A stretch of 64,000 nt of DNA from Trichodelitschia bisporula (Eukaryota). Below the pieces are notes generated by a model. That model saw nothing but the letters and a program-made list of their open reading frames with translations, was not told the DNA's origin and did not search any database. The stretch is taken from the NCBI GenBank assembly GCA_010356995.1, contig ML996688.1, positions 186,001-250,000 on the forward strand, read 5' to 3'. The position numbers and the translations under genes were made by a program. Shown piece by piece: positions 12,857 to 24,022 of the stretch (the stretch's first letter is position 1; each line of letters opens with the position of its first letter).

Positions 12857-13099
12857 CTGAAAGTGTTATTGATACTTGAACATGAAGAAGGGTAATGCGA
12901 GATCATGGCGGGATCGAGTAATCGACGAATGGTAAACGAAGATTACTTCAGCCTTCCCAATCGGGAAATCAACGAAGCATTTCGCCCGTTGGCTCATCGG
13001 ATCTTCAACAACCACCCCGTCGACACGCAACCCCGCCACATAACACACTAAACCGAACCATCATACCTTTTCACTCCACATTCTCCCTCCAAACCCCAT

Positions 13100-16000
13100 C
13101 CATCGCCGCTCAGCCCCTCGAAGCCTATATCATTAGTCTCCATTCAACGACGTCATCGCAAAAAAACTCACCCCCGCAAACTCCCCACCCTAATCCGCCA
13201 CCCAACGCCCACAGCCCCAGGACCGCAAGCGCACTCCCGAGCCGAAAGCGCGATAAGCGGGTGCATAGCTCTGATCAGCTAATAGCCGCCGCGTTGCAAG
13301 AGAGTGGTCGGGTAGGATTGGGTCGTGGTTGGAGACTGGGGTACGGGAGCGGAGTTTGATCGGCCCGAATAGGTATAGGAGCACGTGATGCACGTTATTA
13401 AGACTTTACCTTAATCGTTTCTTCCATTTCCCATTTGGGCGCGGAGGTTCGGAGTTGGGATTGGGATTGGGATAGGAGGTACCGAGAGGGTGAGATTGCA
13501 GAATACGTCGTTGCGAGGGCAGTGCGCTGGGCGGCTGCGATACCGACCCTGCGCTCCTTGCTCAAGCGACAAGCCTCGTACTTGCCTATCTTCTGTACCA
13601 AACACTTCCCTTTATCCACTATCTCCTCCCCACTCCTCCCATCTATCATCAACCTCACCTCCGCCCTCCGCATCGCCGTGTCGAGCGCGCGCAGGCGAGT
13701 ACCAAACGCAAACGCCATCACCACAGCCCCCCATCAAACTTCGCCTCGGCACAAGCCTACGGCCCCGGCAGTAGCTTACCACTCCATCTGACGCTAGCTA
13801 CGGTACGTGCGATACCACAGGAGCCACTACGCACCCGTGAATGTGTTTTGTGGTACGCTAAGGTAAAGTACCTCGCGGGCCGCGCACACATTGCCATCCA
13901 CACTGCCATATGCCCCTGGAGTGAGCACGCGGGCAGATGTACCGCGTGGACGCCGGGTGATACTACGTCCGCACCGAGAACAATGTAGCGCCATGGTACA
14001 TCCATGAGGGCACCTCGGACCGGACCCTGCTCGATGGCGGTAACTAGCATGTCGCAACTCCGAACTCGCATCACCCACGGTCCACGATCGCCAGGTCCCT
14101 AGCCGGTGGCCGGGCGAGCGGTGCACACGCTCAACCTCCGGCACAGCAAGAAGGCCCGCGCCTCGGCCGTAAACCAGCGCACCGGTGTGTGCGTGCTCTT
14201 CATACCGCCCAAGTCGTACCTACCAGATGCAGCCTGCATGGAAAGTCATTACCCGCCGGGGACCTTCGTATCCCATCTCGCACGTACGCGCCCAACTCGG
14301 ACACCCGCGCTCGGGCCCGGCCTTTGCTGCGAGGTCGTGACGATGCGACGGGGCCCGGCACGGCTTGCCAGCCCGATCCCGTGGGTCGTCTCATCCCGGA
14401 GGGCCCCATTTGCCCGGCCGTGCTGCGCAGAGTGCGTGTGGGGCGCGATATGAAGCCATGCTGATGCGCAGAGAGGCTGGACCGCGCGCTGGCCTCGAGC
14501 CCTCGCCGCTCTGCCCGGTCCCCCGGTGCCGAGATGGCGATCAGCACGAGAGTGCGGGATACTGGGTGATCTGGTGAGGGCGGGTGCGAGTACGGGGTTG
14601 CGAGTAGATGAGCCTGGGGGCGGATATGGCTTGCGAGAGGAAAGCAGTGCCCATCGTCGCGCTTGCGCTCTAACCACCAGTTCGTGCGGCCAGACACTGC
14701 GGCTTTGCTCTGCGCCGCCCAGATGGCATATTGCGAAGAGCATGTGGTGCGGTGCGCGGGACTCGGGGCCGCGTTTCATGGTGGGTTAGAGTGGTGTTGA
14801 TTGAGTGCGTAAGGTGCGGGACCAGGGGGCGATATGTATCCTGGGCGCCATGGGCGCGCCTGATCCCCCGCGACCTGGCGGAGGGAAAGATCTGGTCGGC
14901 GAGACGAGTTTGGCGGGGAAGGTTTTGGAGATCGCACGGTTTGGGGTTGGGATCGCTTGTTCTGGTGGTTTGGCTTTTTCGTCTGCCCGTTTTCAGGTTT
15001 GCAGCTGGTACGATTGGTCCGTGGTTAAGCTCAGAGTTTTGAGCATGCCTGGATGGGGATGTCTCCATACGGAGGGAGATGGAGATGGAGGGAGATGGAG
15101 ATGTGTGTGGGATGTGGTTTGCGTCGCAGTCTGCCGTCGTCAACCTGCATCGCATTAGTCAATGGTTACGCATCATACAGCGCGCACTGCATGCTGCAGC
15201 ACGCTGCTCACCCCTCCGGATATGCCAATCTAGTACTTTCCACGGGTCAGCCGCACAGCCGCGACTCGCAACCAACTGCCCCTCTAAGGCCTTACCAAAC
15301 CGTCGCCGCAATTCGACTCCCACAGCAACGCGTATATGTTTCGACATCTATACACCTATACCGCACCATGCCACGACGTCGCGCCGCATACTTCCCTTTG
15401 CGGCAATATGCCCGGACAAATCCCCGTTAACGGCCGCGGAGTTATTAACACGCGCGCCGGGATCACCCCGTCCGCCTTCGGGCTCGCCAGCGGCCCGGAC
15501 GCGGCACATTCGGCGCGGGAGCGGTTGCGCGCGGCGGTGGAGCCTGCGACCTGAATCGTGCTTCGAGAAGAGGGCTTGAAACGCAGGCAGGGCGGGAGGG
15601 CGATCGGCAGGCGCTGGTTGGAGCGGTTGTTGTTGGAGGTCAGGAGCGGGGTTGGGGTAGGCTGGTGCGGGGTGGAGCGTGAGGTATGTCGCACCAGTCC
15701 CGGGTGCGGGCGCGGGAGGGCGGTAGCAAGTGCCATTGCCGTTGGCGTGCGACGCGGCTGTCTATCTGTCAGTTTGTGTGTGTGGATCGCGATGCAGGCA
15801 CGCGGGGTGTGTGCCGTGATACTGTAGCGCGGTGCATGGGGAGTCGAGTCTACGTACGACAACAGCGAGGCTGCGGCGCACTGCCGTGTACTCACGTCCC
15901 GTCGAAACCTCACGCATGCACCGCAGGCCCAAGACAATCTGCCACAGGGATCTTGATATTCTCCGAGGGCAGGGCAAGGATGCATTTGCGCAACGTGGTT

Positions 16001-19000
16001 TCGCTGTCTGATTGCGGAGGTGCGCGGATCATGGGGACTGGGGTGTAGAGTGAGGGCAGGGCTTTGTTTGCTGGGTAATCGGTGGGAAGCCGAAGCTTCC
16101 ATTTCGAATCCGAGAGGAGTGCATGCGGGCAATTTACATGCCTGTGCTGGTCCCCCGCTGGTAATACCGCGCGTGGACTCATGGCTGTGAGCGACGATCG
16201 GTGGTACTACATCGCGTTCATACTCCAGCCACACACGGTCAAATTGTAATCAGACAGAAAGTGGTCATTTACCAATTAAAGCGGACTAACTGGTGCTGAA
16301 AGGGGCCACGGAAGTGATGACTGCGGCGGGTCAAATGCTATGACCTCCCGATGTGTTCGTAGTTCCTCTTCGGGCTTCAGAGCAGCTTGATGAGGCTGTA
16401 GAGAACTCAGGAGGGAGATAGCATACCCTGATGCGAATGGAATTGTGAAGTTGGAGGTTGGATGCTTTGGTGAGGATGGCAAGTGGATGTTGGTTCCCTA
16501 TTCCATCCGCCCTGACATTGTAAGATGCCGATGTGGACATGATGAAGGAACATTGTGATGTTAGCAGGGAAGGACATGATGTAATGTGCGCATGATGGGA
16601 GGAAGGAACCGTAGGAGGATACTTGGCAGTATCGTGCATTCAGTCTCGAGAGTCTGGCTCTCTCCTCTCTTCATCTTTCGTCGACACTTCACTTTACACC
16701 GTAGATCTACGTAGCCTTTTGCACGTGTCAAGCCTATGCTTTAATGAGATGCGCAGCAAGCAAAACCCCACCTCCTAGGTCCGTACGGCAGCCTCCAACC
16801 TGCGATCTCATTATAATTTCATGTCAGTAAGGGAATTTTGCAATGAAGAGATCTGCAGACAAAGAGCCATTGATATTGAGGTTGGAGTTTCAGGCCCGAA
16901 CCGTCACGTCGTCGTTGAAGCTGTACGGAGACAGGCCGGGCGGACAGTAAACACCTTCCTTTTGGCCGTCACGGCCGTCACGATGCCATAAGCACCACCA
17001 GGATATCGCGGCAAACGTCACTATATCGAATCATGAGTTATCGATGACATTTCGTGTGAGAAATCCATGTCACTGACTCGACGATGGGCGAGTGGAGATA
17101 GAACGCAAAACGGCACTCTATTCCCGTGCTCGCGGCCGGTTTCCCAACCAGCGACCACCTGGACTTTCCAGTGTATCCAGACTGTTGAGTGAGGTGCTCC
17201 TTGGCAGACACGTGCAGCGAGGAAAACATGGGGTTAGGAAGTATGTTCTGGTATTGGTAACCTCAGCATGGCTCAGCTGAGATCCACTGTTTAAGTACAT
17301 GAAAGATGACAAGCGCGGTCCCAATGCCAAGAGCATCGGCCTCCGGTCCTTTCACCTCTCACATTCAACACAGACGCTCGCCAGCCCTGCAGCACCGTAG
17401 CACAAGAGCCAAAGCTAACGGGCGGGATCTCCATGTCTACACAGAGTCATCTAGAAACGCAACACGTAACTCGACACGACATCCACCCGTCTCCCGTCGC
17501 ACCCTCCCCTCCGCCGTCGCAAAACACACCCGGCGCGCACCACGAACATGAAACCGGCGATCTGCGCTCGGACAACGGGCCCTACGGGCGGCTCGCCTCG
17601 CCGCAGCCCGAGCTAGTCCTCGCGGGAAGGAAGGCAGCGCAGCTCGCGCAACGCAGCCCCATCGAATGGACGAGGGAATCGGGCCCCGCCCAGGGAATCC
17701 CGATGCAAACGCCCCGCCGGTCTCCGCGCGGAGATTTCGCACCGTCTGGGGTGATCCCCGCGCCGCGTGCGGGGGCGCTGGGGACGGGGATGGGCCCTGC
17801 TGATGCGCGAGGGCCCGGTAGCCCTGCCGGCAAGGGCTTCTCGGATGTTGTGCGAGGGGTGTGGGGGTCGTCTACGCATACAGTATGTCCCGCCGAGCCT
17901 GTGATGCAAGGCCAACGGTGGGGAGGTACGATATCGTGCGGACATGCACGCGCAGGTAGGTACTATGTCGTAGCTCTATCGCGCTGCATGGGCATGTCAC
18001 GGCGACAGCAGACCACGCCGCCCGCCCGGCCCGGCACTCAGGGGCCTGCACCCCCCCCCGGCCGGTCTGCGGCGCGCCCCTGCGGCAGCGCGATATGGCC
18101 GGAGGACCTGGCCATAGTCCTCGCGCAAACCGCTCTCCCACAGCGGGGCAGCAACAAGACTCGCACCTAACATCGTCCGTAAGCAGCGCAGCGGCGCCCC
18201 GTAAGGCGAAACAGCGCTGCTATGTGCCTGACTAGACGCCGCCGGATCGGAACAACAGAGCCACAGGCTACGACGACGCTTCTATCGTCCCTCCCGGTGC
18301 GTTCCGCAGTTTACTGCGGCGTCTTCGATGGGTGGGCGAGCTCTTATATCTCCCCCTGGCGGATATACCGCTTATCGCCCGCGGCTGCGCAGCACACCCC
18401 CGCTACCTCTCCCGCGACCGTGCGACCGGCTCTCGGGCCGCGTGCTCCTCGCCCGCATGCAGGTGCGACGGAGCGGGGGCGGGTGTGCGACGTGATACCA
18501 GCGGGGCTGCGGGGGCTGCAGGCGGGGTGTGCTGCGTTTGAAGCGCGTTTGGCAGGCGGTTTGATAAGGCAGTTTACCGTGCAGTGCGTGCGGCATGAGA
18601 GTTCTGAGAGAAGTGCAATTGGGATGGGATGGGATGGATTGAAGGCCTCCCTGCGGTCGCCCTCCCGCCCGTCCGGGCACGGCAGCATATCGGGCGCCAC
18701 ACTGCACAGGCGCAGGCCCGCAGCTTCGTCCTTCGCATCGAGCTGAATGCGCATGCCACGCTAGCTAGCGCGGTGCCTGACTCTCGTCGCTTCCTGTACT
18801 CGTCATCACGCATGGCGGTGCACGCAGCGACCGCTCAGTGTATGCACGCGTGGCCTGGATGGAAAATGTGCATCGCGCTGTTGGGCGCTGGCTTTTTTGA
18901 TGGATTATAATTATGCTGCAGAAGCGCGCTGAGCGCTGTGCTGTTTCCTGTTGTTGTTTTTTTCAGCCGAGAGAATGGAGAGCCAACTCCCGATCCTACC

Positions 19001-21741
19001 CTGGGATCGCGAGGCATCGGGAAAAGTGGGGCGCGGGGCGTGCGGGAAGTGCGCCCGGGCCGATACCCCAAACTACGATTGATCTGGAGGGCTGTGGCGG
19101 GGAATCATTACCCTACGGTACGGCGGGCGCGGGTATTTGCGCTATTGAGTGTTCCGTGCTAGAGAAGCGCTAGATTGCACGACCCTTGGAGCGTGTCCCC
19201 CCGAACTATCACGCAGATGCTATTTGTGTGGAGGGCGACTTCGGAGGCTGCGGTTGAACTGGGCGGAATGGGGGCAGGCCTGCGCGACTCGGCATCGCAG
19301 CTTCTTTGCGCCACGGCCTGAAGCTTCGGATTTGCTCCGAGCGCCGGTGGGTCGGGCGGAGGAATGGTTGTCCGTGGGCGTGAGGCTAGGCGGCGTTGTT
19401 GCATAGGCTGCGAAATTGGGGTCGTGAGAGTGCATGAACGGGCTGATGGGGTTGGGGATGAGGGGATGCGTACCGGAGGTGCGGGTGAGGCATGAGGTGC
19501 GGTGGTGCTATAGGGCAGATTCCAATTCGGAATGCTCGTGCTTGCGTTCGCTGAGGAGCGAGGGAAGGGACGTGCTATCTTCGATATGGAGGATGGGCTA
19601 TACGTACCCTATTACGAATGTACGTTGGGGAGTACGTACCGTTTGGATTGCTGGTGCGCGCTTGGCCGTCGCTCAACTCGCAACGGCGGCGGCGGGTGTG
19701 TGGCTCCTGGAGCCCGGTCTGGACAGCGGGCCAAGGGCGTGAGGGGCGGCGCCATGGAGGGTGAAGAACTGCGCGTGGAGATAGTGGGTTGGGGTTGATT
19801 GCGGGCGAACCGTGATCATCATGGTACCGCTTTCTCGTGGTGAGCGTGCTATTCCGGACCATGATGTACCGGTACAGGGTACAGACAACTTACACGTCTT
19901 CTCCTCCACGGCACAAGACTCGAATTCACCGTGGGTTACTGGATCACCAGATTACAGGTTCTTCGGTAGGATCACCAGCCACCCGCCCCACCTCTTCCCA
20001 AGTCGTCTCGAACAACGGGAGAACAGAGAAGAAGGACGCCACGAAATATCTCGATAGGTTCTAGTTCATGCAGTTCACTGACGCCGTTCAGCCACATTCC
20101 TGGTGCACGGACCGGGCCTCCAGCCCCATGTCCGCTGTCCTTGCCCCACTTTTGTCTGTGCATGCACGGTCCACGCACAGGACTCCCCCGCCTCTCTTCC
20201 CCGGTCGGCCTTAACCGTAATAGTCCTAGTTCCCCCCTCCCCCTCCGCTCTCTTCCCAGTTGCCCTTCGCCTTCTCTCATGATCCCTGTCACTTCTCTCC
20301 TTCTCTCTCTCTCTCCCCCACCCATTCCACCTCTTCCCCCTCCCTCATCCTCATCCTCATCCCCCCACCACCCCTCCACACCTCCGCCATCACCAAGGGC
20401 TTCGTTCCCCGACCCCCGGACCAGGTGTCTCTCCAAGTCTCTTCGTCCAAGTCCTTGCTATAGGCCCCAGAGTGGGAGATGCATACCGGATACAACTCGA
20501 TGTGGGAGGAATCAGAAGCGGCCCCGGGATGTAAGAACTCCATCGCTACGTCTTCGCATGTACCTTAGTTTGCAAGTCATCGTGTACCTTGACCACGCAC
20601 CAATCCTGTCTTCTCCTTCATGAAGCCACCAGAAAATCATTTCTGCACATTACCGTCAACCCACACCCACACCCACTCATAATTCTCTCTTTCGCATAGC
20701 ATTGTAGACAAGGTGTCTTCTCTCTCACCCCACGGGACCAGAAACCACGACTACTATCACCAACGCCACCCCTCCCTCTTCCCTTCCAACCTCTCCATCC
20801 AACCACCCCCAGTCTTTCTGGAAACACGTACGGCAGAAGAGACGAAACTCCCCCAGCCTTGCTGTACATCCCGTACTCCGATCTCTCACCTCACTCTCAC
20901 ATCTCCCACTGGGCTCACTACTCGCTCCAATTCAACCTACCCCTCAACCCCACCCCTCAGTCCCACCCCTCAATCCATCCCTAAACCCAAATCACCTCCC
21001 TCCACACACCCCAGCACAATACTACAACATCCAACAAGCCCTGACCTGGCTGAAGGAGCCCGTCGTTATTGTGTCTGGCACTCTCTGAGCTTTGCGGGCT
21101 ACTCTCTGCACTCACACTCTCTGCCACCAAGCAGACCAAGCACCCTCTGACCATTATTTTCTGCAGTCCCCACTTAACCCCGTCCGTTCACCTTCCTGCA
21201 GTCCTTCCCCGTCTGTTCCTGCCTCAAACGAGAGAACAGAATACACCCGCCTACCCCCGCCGCAGCTCCACCCCCATCCCCTCACCTCTTACGCTCAACC
21301 ACATAACTTCCATTCCGGCCCGAGACGGCGAGAAACAACCCTTCCCCCTCCATCAACACCCTCCCCTCCCAATACACCTCGTTCAGTTCCATCCTACCTG
21401 CAACTCGCACGCTCTCACCACATTGGGATCTCAATATCCCATTCGTATTATCTTACGACCCAATTGAACACATAAACTCACCCACCCTCCTCAAGCTCGT
21501 AACAGCTCATCCCACCTTCCGTGGCTTCGCATCACTCGGGCCTCCCTCGTCTCACTTCGTTGTCTCGTTTCCTCCCCCCGGATCTTCCTCCTCCCTCATC
21601 TCCAGACACGCACCACCGCTTGCCACCGCCATCAACCGTCGTCGTCTCGCTCGCAATTCGCCGCCTGTTTCACCGGAGGTACACACTCGACGGTTATGCA
21701 GTCGTGATCGCCGCTGCTCAAAACCGATCCCCCACTTCGCA
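13100..21741. promoter_or_regulatory. About 8.6 kb gene-free region between divergent CRD1 and the WOPR regulator (extended promoter and long 5' leader)
   Basis: No recognisable protein family in any frame, whereas other intergenic gaps in the window are about 0.1-2.5 kb. A long C/T-rich stretch (20140-21740) precedes the ATG. Confidence 0.6.
21696..21707 (+). promoter_or_regulatory. Minimal upstream ORF (M-Q-S-stop) ending 34 nt before the WOPR start codon
   Basis: ATG CAG TCG TGA; the only + strand ATG I found between 20623 and 21741. Confidence 0.5.
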
Positions 21742-23196
21742 ATGGCGCAAGACTCGCTGATGCCTTATGATGCTCACCTGGACCACAAGTACGGCAAAAA
21801 GATGAACTCCAACCTGGACGGCAAATACAAGTCCGAATTCGACTCCAAGTTCGACAGCAACCCTCTCGGCCGCCCTGCCGCGACATCAGCTTCCACCCTG
21901 GTCCGCCGCTCCGAGTCCGTTACCATGGCTCACGCCGGTGCTACGTGCATGCAGCCGTCGTGGCACGGCTTTATCCACACCACGCACGATGCGTTGATGG
22001 TGCTCGAGGCTTGTCTGCAAGGGCGGTTGCACCACATTCCGCGGCGACCGCACGACCGTGAGCGGTCAAGCATCATCGCAAGTGGCAATGTCTTCATCTA
22101 CGAGGAGAATGCGTCCGGTATCAAGCGGTGGACCGACGGTGTGACGTGGAGCCCTAGTCGCATCATGGGAAACTTTCTAGTGTACCGTGAGCTAAACGAG
22201 CCGTTCCCCGCCGGCGAGAAGAAAAAGGCGAAGAAGCGGAAGCGTGGTGAGGAAGGCGAGGCTGAGATGGTGCATGCGCAGTCTGGTATGTTGTTTGCTG
22301 AGTCCGGGGGATGGAAAGGTGCTAATATTTCTACAGAGGAGGACCGTAAGCTCGTCGGGTCGTTAGTCGACTCCTACGGCTTCAAAACCAACGGCCTGAT
22401 CAAGAAGACGCTCAATATCCGCTACCGCGATGTAAACCACCACATCGTCTCCTATTACAACCTGCAAGATGTCAAGGAAGCCAAGTATCGCCGCCCGCTC
22501 TTTGATTCGCTCTTCGAGTCCATCCACCCACGCAAGGAGCTTACGCAACACAAGTTCAAGTTCTCTCTCTGGGAGCCCGATGACATTGACCCCTGGAAGG
22601 ACGTTCCCGGGTCACTCGCCCAGTCGGTCCAGCAGCTACCTCCTCAACTTCCAGTCCACCACTCGTATTCGCGACCTCAAATCCATCACCCCGGACACTC
22701 GGCCCCTGCTCCACTCGATCCCATTACGATACCGGACCTCAACGTCCACCCCTCGCATGCGCCTCTCTTGGACGCCTACCAGTTCACATTTTCCATGCCC
22801 TTGCCCCAAGGCAGCTCTCTGCCTGTGCAAACCACGCAGCCGCAACCCACACCGCAGTCCCATACCCCAGCAGTACAGGCTCCCCACGTGCAGCATGCGC
22901 AGCAAGAATACCTGGACCTCGTCTCTGGACAACACATGATGCCGTATTTGCAACCTCAGCAGCCGCAGTATCCTGTTCAGCACGCACACCAGCCTCAGCA
23001 CGTGCAAGAGTTTCTGCCGCTGGATGACGGGTATGGGCATCCACCTGGAAATGCTTCGGCAGCGACCGCAGCGGCGGCGAGTCATGTGCTTGGTGTGGGC
23101 GGGCGGTGGATGGGACAAATGAGGCACATGGGTGGGCTGGGGATAGCGATGGGAGTTGGACTTGCGATGGGAGTACCTGGAATGGGCATGAGCTGA
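21742..23196 (+). CDS. Gti1/Pac2-family (WOPR) transcription factor, Wor1/Ryp1/Sge1-like clade
   Basis: WOPRa GFIHTTHDALMVLEACLQGRLHHIPRRPHDRER..SGNVFIYEENASGIKRWTDGVTWSPSRIMGNFLVYREL; NLS PAGEKKKAKKRKR; WOPRb LVGSLVDSYGFKTNGLIKKT...HHIVSYY; Q/P/H-rich tail. Single exon. Confidence 0.95.
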   Translation: MAQDSLMPYDAHLDHKYGKKMNSNLDGKYKSEFDSKFDSNPLGRPAATSASTLVRRSESVTMAHAGATCMQPSWHGFIHTTHDALMVLEACLQGRLHHIPRRPHDRERSSIIASGNVFIYEENASGIKRWTDGVTWSPSRIMGNFLVYRELNEPFPAGEKKKAKKRKRGEEGEAEMVHAQSGMLFAESGGWKGANISTEEDRKLVGSLVDSYGFKTNGLIKKTLNIRYRDVNHHIVSYYNLQDVKEAKYRRPLFDSLFESIHPRKELTQHKFKFSLWEPDDIDPWKDVPGSLAQSVQQLPPQLPVHHSYSRPQIHHPGHSAPAPLDPITIPDLNVHPSHAPLLDAYQFTFSMPLPQGSSLPVQTTQPQPTPQSHTPAVQAPHVQHAQQEYLDLVSGQHMMPYLQPQQPQYPVQHAHQPQHVQEFLPLDDGYGHPPGNASAATAAAASHVLGVGGRWMGQMRHMGGLGIAMGVGLAMGVPGMGMS

Positions 23197-24022
23197 TTGG
23201 GGTCGGTGCAACATTAGGTTTGAAATTTCTCGGAGGAAAAGTTTGGTGTTGGGTGAACATTTCGTTGGAGTAAGAGGTGGATTAGGGTCGGCTTTGGAGA
23301 GGGATCTTGGACGCTTATGTGGACGACGAGGTGATGGCTTGTTCGGGTATCGGGTTTACGACGCACACGGTTCTTACGTTTCCTGAGCTCTTTCACATTC
23401 TTTCTTCTTCTTCGACCACTCTTTTCTCTATTTCAATCTTTGGGACGGGACGGTGTTGTGGTTGGATGGAGTGATGAAGAAGGCGTTTTCCTCTTTCTTT
23501 TGGTACAAGAGATTGGATGGTGGGTTGCGATTGTGAATTATGGGCAGGCAATCTGAACACGTTGGGATGAATTTGGTCTTGATAGGAGTCCCTTGGAATG
23601 GTGGGATGGGGCGAGGGGCTTGCGGTATCTTCGGCATACCCCGGGAATGGTGGTGGAGTTGGAGGTGTTAGCTGGGGTTTGTACGAGTATGCTGCTGGAG
23701 AGCGGCAAATCGAAGGGGAGGATAATACATCGCCTGAGGGCACAAGTAGTGACTTGAAATCGATCACTACACGTTGAAGACCAGAAAACGGTGTGATGTT
23801 CCCTTTGATGGTCGTGTGTTTAAGCTGTCCCCTCCGAAGCCCATCAGCGGTGGCTGTGCGACCTTGCGTTGTGAAATCTTGGCAAACCTCCACACCAAAA
23901 ATCTACGACAAAGGCCAGCGCCACAACGACTTAACATTCACACCACAAGTGCTTCGTACCGCCTCAAAGTCTCTCCCGCATACCAAAACAACCCGAGTTC
24001 CAAAATCTTCCAGAAAGCAACC

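Noticed and set aside
15356..16234. 292-codon minus-strand ORF in the gene desert
   Set aside because: Non-ATG start in the track, no motifs, and composition typical of a spurious frame.
16314..16431. Possible C/D snoRNA (GTGATGA ... CTGA)
   Set aside because: No terminal stem and no recognisable rRNA-complementary guide.
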